A stretch of DNA of 64,000 bases from Podarcis cretensis (GCA_951804945.1 OX638164.1:7998001-8062000); one strand, 5' to 3'. Positions 13,482 through 26,327 are shown, numbered from the stretch's first letter. The notes: generated from the sequence alone by a model not told the origin. A program made the numbers and translations.

Positions 13482-14914
13482 ATAATAAAGCCCTTTGTGA
13501 GGACCTGATGAGACTTAAATTGAGAGGCTTTCAATCTGTGTACAGCTGCCCTGTATGGTGAACTACCACATGACATATGTTGCAGCATGTTTCTGGGCAG
13601 TGAAGTGCCACCAAGGCCACTGGATCCTCCTGGAGAGAGATAGAATAGGGCTTCCTGTTCCAATCAATGAAATCTTCCCTGAGTCGGGTGTAGTTCTATG
13701 TTCTGTGACTGTCCTTCAGTCCCGAATTTGGGCTTAATCTTTGATCCTGCCTCCTGGTTTGTCCGTCTGCTGCTTGAACCTGCACCCTGGTTTTCACCCA
13801 TCCTGATTACTGGGCCTCACAGCAAGAACCCCTTCACGCTGCCTCCCACCTTCTTAGATGCCTTGTGAAAAGCAAGAATGGCTCTTGGAGCAAACAGCCT
13901 TTCTGCCAGTGTATGGGCCTGGGCGAGAGCTGGACACTGCCAGCCTCCAAAGCCAGCCTGGCTCACCTGCTCGGCATGCTCAGCAGGAGCCCGCGTGCCT
14001 TTTGGAGCTCTCTTACCTAATGAAGTTAGAAGGACATCATCTTGAGAGATCCTTTCCAGCCCGCAAGATCAATAACTACTGCTGAGTTTAAGATCTTATC
14101 TAGGAGGCTGCAAGGATAACAAAATAAAACTTTCCCCCCATTCCAATTACTTAATCCCTTCAAGATTGATCCTGGTACTTTTAAAAGGGGCTCAATCAAC
14201 TTTTTAGAGAGAGTCAAGAGAACTCTTTTAATACGCTATTTAACCCCACCCCAACTCTTTTTTGGGGTGGGGTGAGGGATTATAAACAGAAAAACAGCCT
14301 ATGGACACTTTATCACAGTCTTGTACAGAATAACCGGCCTGCTTGCCTGCCTACACTCTCCTAGTTGTCAGATGGGTGTTTTGAGTGGTGGGCCTGACAA
14401 GTTCCTGACCCAGAAGGAATCATTATTTGCTCCAGGTGAGTGGGCAGCTGCTAGGCTAAACTATACTTATCAACAGAGCTAAACTCTATCCTTAACTCCC
14501 AAATTACAGAGGAAACAATACAGCAGGCAGTTCTCCTGTCAACCACCAATGTACCAAACAAGACTTGTGCAAGAAAACTGACTGGTGGATTGTGTCCCTT
14601 GTCTGAAATCCCAAAGAGCCCTCATGCCTGTCAATTCTGAGCTAGATGGACCAGCTCCCTAGGTTCCTATGTATAACTTCAACAGAGCGCTATTCATTCT
14701 GGTACATCAAATGGAGCACCGGGAACTTTCTCTTTCATAGGGATACCCCCTTCTTCCTTTTATATGAATGCAGTATGTAGAATTTCACATCTATACAAGC
14801 AGAAACAAGTTTTTGCATTCATTGGATCTATCCTTCCTTTGGCAAATGCTGCTCTGACTGAGAAAGCTACTGACAACCCACTGCAATCTACCACGTTAGA
14901 CTGCTCTTTCTATA

Positions 14915-15085
14915 AAAAGCTCAGGGTGGCATGCATGAGCCCACCTTTAATCCTCACAGCAGCCTGGTGAGGTAGGTCTGCCTGAGAATGTATGATTGAC
15001 CTCAAATCACTGAAAGAGCTTTGTGGGTTGGTAGGAATTTGAATCAGGGTCTCGCTAGTCTAAGTCCAACACTCCAACCACCACA
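14915..15085 (-). mobile_element. MIR/Ther1-derived SINE (Squam3-like)
   Basis: atcctcacagcagcctggtgaggtagg...ggaatttgaatcagggtctc...agtccaacactccaaccaccac. Confidence 0.65.
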
Positions 15086-15740
15086 TCAGAGTTGGGGAAA
15101 CTGTTTTGGCCCAAGGGCTGCATGCCTCTGGTAGGCATGGCCAAGGCAAAAATGTGGGGTGGCCACAGACACACATACATCACACCCACACCCCTCGCTC
15201 TCTGACTGTGACCATCTGAAAATGAGAGGCTGGAGTTTTCAGCAGGAGGGAGGACTGCAATTCACAGAGAGGGGTGGGTTAACTCTTCCTTCTCCAGCTG
15301 TGAGCTCCCCACCAAAACCCAGTTGAACACTCTACAATTAAGCTAAGGGAAAGCTTTAAACTGGCTACAGTAGAAGGCTGATTTCAAAGCTCAATTGCAT
15401 GGCGAGGGAGCAGGAAGGAGATGCTACAGGCCAGACAAGCATGCCCCTTGGGGGAGCACCCAGCCTGGTGACTGTCAGTTCTCTACCATGGTACTGCAAC
15501 ACACTAGTTCTCATTTAGATAGGGGCGAGAGAGCGCAGCATGCTGTTTGCACATGAGCGCACAACTATGGTGTTGGACTCTATCATTTATGGAGCTGGGG
15601 TGGAATCCGACCAGGATTAGAGCCCTGTCGATGGAAGGGCTTAATGCAGCTTCTGCCCACAAGCTGCCTATTGACAAAAACTGCATTAAGCCAGCTGAAG
15701 CTCGTTTGGAGAGCAGGCATGTAAAAAGCCTTAGGGAAGC

Positions 15741-16849
15741 TGTAACGGACAGCTGAGCTAGGCCAGAGTCTGCGGATGCAGTGCCTCAGGATTCCACCAG
15801 AGGGCTGGAGCCTCTCTCTGATTGGTAGAGTGGGGTGGAGCCAGCACTTTGGGAGGGAATATAAAAGGAGCCATTCCCAAGATAGTTGGGAGATAGTTGA
15901 GAGAGAGCTTAGCAGAGAGTTTAAGGGAAAGAGCTGGAAGGAGAGTTAAGAGAGCTGGTTCTGAGGTGTGTGTAACATCCACTCTCATCCGCATCTACAG
16001 TCAAGAGAAAGGAGTTTCTGAGCTTAGATAGAATGACAGTTTGTAGTGTCTTGTGAGAGCATTCAGACAAGAGTTAACTGGGAGGGCTGAGTTTGGGCAA
16101 GGAGAAGTAGAGCTGTGAGGATACACTCTACCTGGGTCTCATTTTGGTCAGGAAGGGAGTGATCTTCTAGAAAGGGAAGAATCCCAAACGAGTTAAGAAG
16201 GGTTTGGTGATCCCCTGGATCAGTAATACTGTGAGATGTACCTCAGGAGTGAGATTCATAGGAGGCTGGGAAAGTGACAGAAAGTACCACCTTGTTAAAA
16301 ACCCAAGTAACAAGCTGTAACACCGCAACAATTAAGTCGAAGGAACCGAAGTGAAACAATGTGAAAGAACCTAAGCATTTACCACCTAGTCTAGAAACCT
16401 GCAACATCTAACTGAAGAGTAATAATTGAAAATACGTAACTGAAGTTTAAAAGAAGCTGTGTGTTTGCTAACTTTTCAGAAGCTTGTAACATCCACTAAA
16501 TATATATATATAATTAGAATTGACTGTTTCCTGAAAGAGCTTTATCACCTGACGCATCATTTGTTCTACCAGCTTTGTTCTGTAAAATAAATCTTTCTTA
16601 TTTGTTCAACTTCTGCCTGAGTCTCCAAGTATTAAAGTTTTATCTCACACAAAACCACAAGTTAACCTATGGAGGTTATATAACCTATGGAGATGCAATC
16701 CGCTGTAATTGGTAACCAGTGGTGGGATCCATTTCAATTGGTGATAGTGGTAGGATTCACTTCAGTAGCCTACCAAAGCTGATAGGCTGAAGAAAAGTTA
16801 TTCTTCCTGGTTTTCTGGGGGTTGAGGTTGGAGGGGACATTGTAAAACA
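15741..16849 (+). mobile_element. Probable solo LTR (Gypsy/ERV-like), antisense to MSI2
   Basis: Begins TGTAAC. Carries, in order, inverted CCAAT (attgg ~15821), a GC box (ggggtggagcc ~15832), TATAAAA (15860-15866), a purine-rich body and AATAAA (16586-16591), and ends near ...acattgtaaaaca. The right end and TSD are degenerate. Confidence 0.55.
15777..15807 (+). promoter_or_regulatory. Extended CTCF motif (upstream module plus core)
   Basis: TGCAGTGCC-8nt-CCACCAGAGGGCTG matches TGCAGTKCC-N8-CCASYAGRKGGCRS with one core mismatch. Confidence 0.6.
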
Positions 16850-18753
16850 GCAGTCAAAGGTGCTGGTGTGCTGAAGTATGACTCAATAACCCATAAGATG
16901 TGGTTGGTGCAGGGCAATGTGAATGTTAGGGAGGCAAAGCAAAGGAGCAGCTGGAATCCTGCTTCCCAAACACACACATTTCGTAGCACATCACACCAAT
17001 AAAAACATGTTTTGTTAACAGTAGTGTTAAAAATATAGCACTGAGGTATGTGGAAGAGGGAGACAGTGAAACTGAGTAACTGTATGCACCAAGGAGGGGA
17101 TGATTCTGCCCCCAAATAGATGCTATGGATTGAAATTTAAAATGCGCCTCCTTTCCAAGCCCCGGACAAAAGCAATAAGTCTGTGCCAAACATCCCCAAG
17201 GACCTGTCTTTTTCATACACCTTGACAAGGCCAGCATATTTGGCCCTGCTGGTAGGAATGGATCCGAACTGGTTCCCCAGGCAACACTTTGATAAAGGCG
17301 CTGTGTCTCCACGGGTCTCTTGCAGAAGCTAGCAAGCGCACGCCTAACTTCTTGTTGCAGTCCTCAGAGGGATGAGCCTAGTCTAACCAGCAGGTCCTGT
17401 TGCGCAGACATGGCTAGGCCTGTTCCTTATGGACAGCCCCTGCCCCACTGAATTCTCCGTTTCTCCTGAATGAATTCCTTGTCCTTGTTTCTCTGGATCT
17501 TTCACATGCAGCTCACATAACAATGCTAAACGTGCACAGAGACACTACTGAGACCAGTCGTAAAGTGAGGCTATAAAACAAACCAGAGCCAATAAAAGTC
17601 CTCAAAATCCACACCTGCCTTGCTTCCAAGCAAAAGGGCTTTTGCCAGTTTACCTTAGAGGTCTCTGTTGATGTCAAAAGTGTCCTCTGTAGAAGCAGCC
17701 CTAATCGACAGTCCTTAACTCTGTGCTAGATAAGATAAATTGAAAGGTGTTTTGACAGGAGAATCTGCCCTCCGATGGCTTGTCACTCATGTTTGTACCT
17801 GATAACACCAGGTTTCCCAAACACCTTTTTCTACTTCCCTCTGGATCCTGCATTTGTTGCAGTTCACTCTAAGAATTAAACAAAAAGCATAACATTTACA
17901 TGCTTCTCATCGAAGATGTAGTGGCTTGGAGTGGTGTGACAGCAGCACAGGCAGAATGTGTCTGCCTCCATGTGCTCATGAAAAAGGGGACTTCATTAGG
18001 ATCACATTGAAATAAATACAGAAATGGCAGTGATCAACTTGGTTGTGCAGGAGGAGAGAAGAGCCTGAATCTCAGGAACTACATACTGCTAACAAGTCAC
18101 TTTTGAACTTGTTGACCAGAAAAAGCCTGGCCTGGACTCCAATCCCTTATTCCAATCTCTTGGTGGGAACAAAGGAACTCAGAATGAGAAAAAGAAATTA
18201 GACAGCAAGCACAGGTATCCCTTCGGGTCGGGTTTTAACCTGGCGGTCCTGGGGATTGTGAGCCAAAGACAGGGAGAAAAGTAGTATTCTATCAGGCTGG
18301 CTAGGAAGAAAGAAGCTATGGAAGAAGCAGGGAGAACCAGAAGCAATAGCAAAGGCTGTGGCTCTTAGCTATTAGCTATTCTCCCGCTGCATTTCCAGTG
18401 TCTCTGAAAGGTACTGCGAACATGGGGGGAGCTAGATGCAATGATGCCAAAAATGCACACTGAATCATGTAGCTGATAGAGGGTAGGGTTGGTGTTCACA
18501 GGATGGGAAAGCAGCTACTGGACATGCCCATGGTGTGCTTTCAAATTGGCTCCACCTTCATTTTCTTGCACATTGGTGGGAACTACATTCTGATACGTAG
18601 AGCATACAATCACAATGTTCAGTTTCTGCACAAGTGCACAAATAAGTAAATATCCCCACTAGGGGCTGATCCCAGAACCCGCATTTGTCACAGAATATGC
18701 CTACTTCTGACCTTACCTATTCTCAGTGATTAGAACAGCAACACAATTGGCAG

Positions 18754-18982
18754 TAATCACACCACGACCATACTTTTATTAAGGTGTGCCTGGCCTTAAA
18801 TGGGCTAGGCCCCGCCTCCCCTGCCAGCCGATTGGCGGACGGGGTGGAAGGCACGCCCAGGGATTCCCTGTTCACGCGGGGGCCAGGTCCCGCCCCCGTG
18901 TGTGTGGGAGGAGGGTTTTGCCCACAACCCCCTCTCCTCCCAGGTCGGAAATGGCTTAATCACACCACGACCATACTTTTAT
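18754..18982 (-). mobile_element. 177-bp CpG-rich promoter-like insert flanked by perfect 26-bp direct repeats (possible DIRS/Ngaro-type repeat fragment)
   Basis: taatcacaccacgaccatacttttat occurs at 18754-18779 and 18957-18982. The insert has GC boxes, CCAAT and a TATA-like CATTTAAG on the minus strand. The family assignment is tentative. Confidence 0.6.
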
Positions 18983-20255
18983 CGTTTGTGTTGTATCTAA
19001 TTTACAATGTATTTGATAATCTTTATCTAGTTTCGTCCTAGTGGAATGCACACACAGGTATTTAAATTCTACTCATTCCATGAGACGAAGAGAAGCGATT
19101 CCAATTGACCCCAAACACCTCAATATAGTCTGGAATTAATTTATAAAATAATTTGATGCCAACTATCTTTTATTATAATAATTCAGTTCTAAAACTTTGA
19201 TATATACATCTCCTGTAGCACACTCCCTAGTTCATATCAACCTTTTCTCCTCTACCAGCATCAAGGCAGTTCAGCATCAAAAGAGATGAGACCCTCTTAA
19301 ATCTAGTCCCTCCCACCCCCTCTTTAAGTTAGGCGGCTAACATGCACAGTGCACAAACATGTTTGCTTCCCCCCTCCCCTTCCCTCTCTGACACATCTTT
19401 AAAACATTTCCACATTCCTTTTTTCTTTCTTACATTTTATCCGGCAGAATAGAGCATTACACTCACAGCAACCCTATGAGGTAGGTCGCAATCGGTCTCA
19501 TTTTATTGGGGGTGGGGGGGAAGGAGATGGGAGTTTTGGGAAGCATGATTTGAAATGCAAACATTTAAGAGAATACTATGCTGATCATTTTTACTCCAGT
19601 TTTCTGAGCTCCCGGTTCTGCCGTGACAGTGGAAGGTGAGGTCAGGCTTTCCTCTCACCAGCTGTTTGGCATTGTAGGAAATGGGGTTTGGCTACTGTCC
19701 TCATGCGAAATTTCCTGGGCTTGTAACAGACCCTGATTTTACTCGAAGGCTCTAAACTTTTGTTTGGCAGATTCCCTAAACAAATTCACTACACACATTA
19801 CTCCAAGAAGCTGACACATTTGTGGCTTATAAGACAATCGGAGCAGCCACTGGCAAAATGCCTTCCTCTTCTCAGAGTATAAACACTAAGCAGTTCAGTG
19901 CTTGAGAAATCAATGGGACAACTCTCGGGAGCTCTGTTTCCAATTGGAAACAGAAACCATAAACTATATCTGCCTCCACCTCAGCCATCGGGTTTAGTGT
20001 TAAACATGGTGTGGGTGGGTGTGGCTTATATCGACATTATACCAAGAGTTTGGTATTGAAACAATGGATATTTTAGGCCTACCTCTCACTGAGTTGGAGC
20101 AAATCTAATTTATCTGCACTGTACTTCTCTAGGCCACATAATGAACTGCTCCTTCAAATTAGAAAATAAAGAGTGGTGGAATATCTGCACATAGAAATAG
20201 AGAAGGGCAGGAGGAAGGCTGGCATTCCTACCATGTTAAATTTCTGAGTGCAGTG

Positions 20256-20259
<4 letters not shown>

Positions 20260-20293
<34 letters not shown>
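20260..20293. repeat. (TG)n microsatellite
   Basis: Seen directly. Confidence 0.95.
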
Positions 20294-20295
<2 letters not shown>

Positions 20296-20844
20296 CATTC
20301 CATTATGTGAGCTCCTACATGCAATCTGAAGTGATCTGTCTCACCTCAGTGAGAATCAGGCCCTCTGAGCCAACACAAGGTTGAAAGATTAAGAATATAT
20401 CATGCCCTCCCACCACCCAGGAGCCTGCATTCAGAATCGGTCTCTCTTCCTCCGTCTCTCTGCCCACTCCCAGAATGCCACCATAATGACAAGAACTCTA
20501 TTCTCCCCAGACAGCAGAACAGAGGTGACAGTCAGGTTACAACACAATCTGATTGCTGGGAGGCCTTGTGTAAACTGATGCTCCCTTGGTAAAGGTAACT
20601 GACCTCCATGGGCTCTGGCTGATCTGTGCTGTATATGGAGCCAAACAGAGGGAACGTTGCAATGGTTGTGATATACTATGTGCAGGTCAGCCAAAGACCA
20701 CATAGCTCAATTATCTTTTCCTTCTGGAAGTGCTTATATATGCTTCCTCTCCACTTGCAGGCACATCAGTTGCAAACCGGGTGAGTCGATCCGGGGGTAT
20801 GATGAGTCCTTACGAAGTTTCCTGAGATTCTGAACAAGGACTTT

Positions 20845-21078
20845 GTCTGGAGTCTCCCATTTCCCACACAGAACTACAATTCCCAGGGTGATTTAACAGT
20901 CAATCTCTCTTCCCAAGGAATAAGGATATCCTGAGGACTGTAGCTCTGTGAGAAGACATGGGGTATCTCATAACTCTCAGCACCCTAAACAAGCTAGAGC
21001 TCCCAGGATTCTCTGGGAGAAGCCATAACTGTTGGAAGTGGTATGATACTGCTTTAAATGTGTAGTGCAGATGATGCC
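20845..21078. mobile_element. Non-autonomous DNA transposon fragment (common lizard repeat)
   Basis: Internal aactacaattcccag-type repeats and terminal gtggtatgatactgctttaaatgtgtagtgcagatg, recognised as a recurrent squamate repeat. Family uncertain. Confidence 0.5.
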
Positions 21079-23542
21079 ACAGAGGTATAAGCTTGCTATG
21101 TTCTCTCGTTTCCTCAGCTTAGATGCAGACCCTTCGAAAGAAGGGAGGAAGGTGGGAAGGCAGAGAGAAATATTGCCAACGTTCATGCCCAATGCCACTA
21201 ATCAGTAGGGACTTCCATTGCTTGGTCAATCTAGACAGATTCTGGGAGGCAGTTGGTGAGCAGCTCCCAAGGGAAGGCTGCCTCACACTTTCCTATCAAC
21301 TAGGACAGCTGTTCTTAAGCAGGCTGCAGCTTGCCTGGAGCTCAGCTGCCAGGAAGTCCAGCACCAAGGAGCAACAGCCTAATTTCACCCACAGCACCCT
21401 TTGCAGATCATTGCCAGAGGGCGAAATCTGAAAGAGGTGGGAAGGTGGGGAAGTTACTGATGGGAATTGGCTCTGCTCACACTTCAGCAAAGCTACAGGT
21501 GAGAAAAAGTGCCAACAAGAAGTTACTGTAGTCTGCCTCAGGGACATTAATTAAATCCTTTTGGGAGGGAAAAATCTACTCCCTTAACAAGAAAAATCAA
21601 GCCCCAGAATTTGACACCAAAGCGCCTTCGCTATTTCCATTCTAAAACTTGCCACCTTTTGTGCTGCCTGAGGGAAATGGCACATGGAGACCACACCAGG
21701 GCTGTTTGGCTGCTTCCCTATTGAACATCTTCTCATTATGTCTTTGCAAGCTGTCAGGCTATCAGATTTCAAGGGGGGGGGGAATAAAGAACCCAAACTT
21801 TAACTGGATTCAAATGTGAGAAATGTTCCAAATGGTTACAGTCGGGGAGCAAGAACGGTGGATGCCATACCTGTTCAAGCACCAATAAGCCAATGCCACA
21901 CAAGACAGATAGCATTGACTGTGCTCGTTCACCAAGGTCAACTGTAACCCCCAAAACTCCTCAGCTGCCCTTGGAAAGGACACGTATTTCCAGTCAAGAC
22001 AGTTAACTGGCAAATGCAAAACATGGGTGCCCTCACTTCAAAATCCTTTCATGCTGAAAATTCCAGGGAGAAACAAGTGGACAAACGGCAGAGGTGAACA
22101 GTCAAGCAGCGATTTGGAAAGAAAGCATTAGAAGTGAACCTGAGGGCCTTGAGGAGGGAAAAGCACACTACTCTCAAGGCAAGAGAGACAAAGGTTTTAA
22201 CTTAAGAGGGCACAGATGCAAATTGGCAGCCCTGTAGACAGGAGCCATTGTTCAAAAATCTCTTGCAAAACGCTTGGCTGACACTCCACTGGTTTTATTC
22301 ATGCAGTGTTACCCCACCTGCTTACATTTCACAGAAAAGCCTCCAAAGCCCAACACTGACCATGATCCAGCCCCTAAAACATTAGCCCCCCCCCAGATGT
22401 TTCTCATGATGTGTTTTAGTATCCACATCCCAGTAAAAGACACATTCCAAGGTCCTACTGTAGCTGAGGAGGACTTCAGACTTCAAGGTCACTCAGTACT
22501 CCCCATGTGAATCCTCCACAGAGTTATAAAACCCTACTTATCTATCCACAGTCCAATGTATTTGCCAGTTGTATGAAACCAACTGTAGAGGACATCCACA
22601 GCTTATTTGACCAGCCTACTATAATGCTGGGCCCTTTTGTATGGGCTCAGAAACTGGGATTAAATCATGTATGCATAACGGAGGCCATCACAGACCAATT
22701 GCAGCGCAAATGTGTAGTGGAACTTCAGCTCACCATATAGAAAAACAACGGCGACAGAGAGAACTAGACCTCTCTAAAATTCCTCTCTATGGGCATTTGC
22801 TTTCATTTGCAAAAACACAAAACCAAAGACCTACCTTGCTTCTTTTCAATGCCTTTGTGTGCACTAATGTTCAACATTTGGTGACACATTTGCCAATGGG
22901 AAACGGCGAGGCTACAGCCTCCATTTCAAGCAAGCTTCCATGTATTTCCAGAAAGGGGATACAAGTGAAAAAAAGAAGTCCCCAGTGTACATGAGGTCTA
23001 GCGGCACAATGAAGATTTGTCTTAAACAGTTTCCCCTTTTTCTACTAGGCTACTAGTGAGGACGATAAAGTGTTCAGGTGGCGACAACCAGTAGCAGAAA
23101 ACAGTGTGTGCAAACTCTCACCGCTATATGAAGATTTTGTAGGCAGCTCATCCCTGCTATGAGTATGAATTTTCCCCGCTCAAATTGGAGGGAATTTTCC
23201 CTGCTCAAATTGTTAGTTCAAGGCTTTCATAGCTTCCATGATTTGTTTTTTTAAATCCACATTCTCATGTGGATACAGGATACAGAAGCCACAGCAATGT
23301 AGTTTACAACTCAATCTCTCACCCTTACCAGGGATCAAATGTGTCAGGAACCAGAGAAAGGTTTCATGTGCAAACGTTTAGAACACCTTTGGCTGTGGTT
23401 TCTTCCACATCAGCTAGAGTTGTAGTGGTAACCACGTAACCTAAGCAACTGTTCTGTCACTTTTTATACTTGTCCAGATCCCAAGTCTACCAACACAGAA
23501 ACCCAAAGCAAAGCCTGAAAAGGGAACTTATCAAATATGACA

Positions 23543-23773
23543 CAATGGATTCAAGCTATAAGAAAGAAGATTCCAACTAAACATGAGAAAGAACATTCTG
23601 ACAGGAAGAGCTGTTTGACAGCTGAATGGTCTCCCTTGGGAGGCGGTGGATTCTCGAGGTTTCTAAGCAGGGGCTGGATGGCCATCTGTCATGCATGCTG
23701 AGTTGAGATTCCTGCACTGCAGGCGGCTGGACTAGATGATCCACAGGGTCCCTTCCAATTCTACGATTTTATA
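23543..23773 (+). mobile_element. CR1 LINE 3' fragment
   Basis: Degenerate CR1 ORF2 C-terminus (NGFKL..RRF.LN.RKN.LT.RAV) and 3'UTR ggactagatgatcc...gtcccttccaattctacgatt. Confidence 0.85.
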
Positions 23774-24024
23774 ACTTCAAAAACCTCTTGAAACACCCGA
23801 AGCCAAATATTATCACTGCGGAATCTTGGTCACTGAGAGAGAAAGATTCACAACTTCACAGCTAGATTGGTGCTTCTCCAACTGAGGGGAACTCTTGTTG
23901 TTTGGGGAATTAAACTATCCTTTGGCCCAGAAAGCCATTCACAACACACTCCTCATTTAAACACAAAATATCCAACCAATGTGAAAAAGTAGCATCAGAC
24001 CTGGGGATTGTTTCCCCAACTTAC

Positions 24025-24073
24025 CTCTATGTCTGTTGGTTGTCTTGTCAAACATAAGCATGGCATCCTCTAC
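24025..24073 (-). CDS. MSI2: Musashi-2 internal coding exon (49 bp, RRM2; exon 7 by mammalian numbering)
   Basis: Minus strand reads ttgttgtgtcttgcAG|GTAGAGGATGCCATGCTTATGTTTGACAAGACAACCAACAGACATAGAG|GTAAGT = VEDAMLMFDKTTNRHR-G, phase 0 to phase 1. It matches Musashi RRM2 just before RNP1 (RGFGFVTF). VEDAML rather than VDDAML and the very long flanking introns favour MSI2 over MSI1. Confidence 0.96.
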
Positions 24074-24771
24074 CTGCAAGACACAACAAGTTTGGTTTAA
24101 AGGTCTTCAAAAAAAGTGCTTAAAGTTATACCAGAAAGCTGCTGATGGTCCCCAAAGCCACTTTTCCTTTGTATGACATCAGAAACATATAAATATTTGC
24201 ATACACGCATAAAATTGATTACAAAAAGAAAAGAGAGCATTTATAGATGAGGACATAAGAAAGGAGTGCAAAGTATTAAATCTTAATGTAGATAATACCA
24301 AATCCATTGTTATTATTAGCATACTTATGCATGGTTTAACTTCAAAAGGGGCAACAGTTGTATCTGCAGTAATTGACTTTTGATAAAAACTTTTGCATAT
24401 TGTCCTACAAATATATGAATGTGCATTTTCAGTGTTTTATTACACTGGTATCTGAGATTCAAGGCAACAGCAGCAGAGGTGCATCCAAAATAAGTGCATC
24501 CCAAGAGGTCCAGCATCACCATGGGTTTTCCCATTGGCCCCAGACAGTTCCTGTATCGTGGGTTATGTTGGATCCAACCTTGTGACAGCTTTATGAGTGG
24601 GATCCAAGTAGAGTTCCAATTTTAAAAGAAGGCTACTGCTGAACAGGGGCCTGTATCCAACCTGCTCTGTCTGCTAATGCATGAGCCCTTGCACTTGCAA
24701 ATGGCAGGCTGCACAAGAAAGGACTCCAACACAACAGGCGTGCTAGCGGAAGCTTGTTGTATAACAGCTGG

Positions 24772-24814
<43 letters not shown>
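24772..24814. repeat. (GTT)n microsatellite
   Basis: Seen directly, about 700 bp from the MSI2 exon acceptor. Confidence 0.95.
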
Positions 24815-26101
24815 ACTACACAATAATGTGTAGACACCCAAAAAAAAAGGTAACAGAGGAAAAAGTAGTGCAACAGCTTATTCTTGTTGTACAATACATT
24901 GTGCCACAATCTTTGTAATGCTACTTGTGTTTTCCCTTGTGCAACAACATTCTGCCGGCGCAACAAATAAGTGACTTTAACTTAAAGGTTGACATTGGAT
25001 ACAACTCAAGATAGCTCCCTGCCAGCTCACCTCACCAACAGTCCCTACCTTCAGGGGAGCTGCGGGGAAGCAAATAAGTACAACCATTAGGAGCTTACTC
25101 CCCCCCCCCAAAAAAAAACCCCGTAATAAAACTGATACCACACACAGTATTGCCCAGCTCAAAAGCCTCTTTGTCCAAAAAAACCCTCCTGAAATTGAAG
25201 CCCCCCCCCCTTCTCTGACCCCCTCACCAATCTACCACAGCAGCTGGGGGAACATAAGAGACACACCCACAGACTCAGCTGAAAATATAAAGCCCTGACC
25301 TTCCTTGGGGAAAGCCACTGAACCTTAAGAGGTTCCAACAGGGTGTCCAAGGCAGAAACCTGATCAGCCACAAAGGTATTCAAAAGCCCTTTTGAAAAGC
25401 CACAGGAGATTGTGGGAAAGGGGGAGCGGGAGGCTACATTTGCATTGGTTCTGGCATTTCCACTTCAGAGAAGAGAAGGGTCTTGACTGACTAAATGTAT
25501 CCAAGTGTGACAAAAAATGGCTTTCAAGTTCTGTCATTATTTGCATGATTTATTCCACCTACCTTTAATCTGCACAGCCACACCTAGGTTCAACACTCTT
25601 TCTGAAAGTACTGCTTTCAGAAAGATAAAACAGTACTCTGAATTATTTTCAACCACATCACTCATTCCCACCATCACCACGTACTGTCCCTGTAGAGTTT
25701 TCAGGACGTTTCACTGGCATAATACTGTGCCCTTAAAAGAAATGTCCAAAAGAATTTGTCTGGAAGTGAAGCAAGTCAAAATAATAGTCTTAACCAAATG
25801 GAGATTTAATAAGGAATCTGATTTATAAAAAAACAAACAAACCAGGATGGCAATAAATAAAAGCCTCTTGAATGGATGTCATGCTTTATTTAGCTCTGTA
25901 GATCAGCAACAACTTTGTTTGATCATCAACAGCGCTTGAAAGGCTCAGAAAGTTGTGAACTATGGGTCTACAAAACATTTTATCATCTGCATTTAAAGGA
26001 GATGCAATTCTTAAAAATTATTGGTCGGGTGAGATCCTTTCCTGCCCCTCATTGTGTATAAAGGTACTCTTTGACTCACTGTTGTAAAAGAAAGGATAGT
26101 A

Positions 26102-26327
26102 CAGTGGTACCTTGAGTTAAGTACTTAATTTGTTCTGGAGGTCTGTTCTTAACCTGAAACTGTTCTTAACCTGAAGCACCACTTTAGCTAATGGGGCCTC
26201 CCGCTATTGTTGCGCTGCTGCTGCACGAATTCTGTTCTTATCCTGAAGCAAAGTTCTTAACCCAAGGTACTATTTTTGGGTTAGCGGAGTCTGTAACCTG
26301 AAGCGTATGTAACCTGAGGTACCACTG
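26102..26327 (+). mobile_element. Tigger/pogo-like MITE, copy 1
   Basis: TA|CAGTGGTACCT...AGGTACCACTG|TA with internal taacctgaa repeats. Confidence 0.9.

Larger units (their letters stand above)
1..24024 (-). other. MSI2: MSI2 intron downstream of the RRM2 exon (intron 7, partial)
   Basis: Starts with GTAAGT at 24024. The next exon (GFGFVTFE...INNKM) was not found in the window. Confidence 0.85.

Noticed and set aside
14017-14107. 91-nt minus-strand pseudo-exon (ccttgcAG...TAG|GTAAGA)
   Set aside because: The splice signals are plausible, but nothing else supports it and such pairs are expected by chance in tens of kb of intron.
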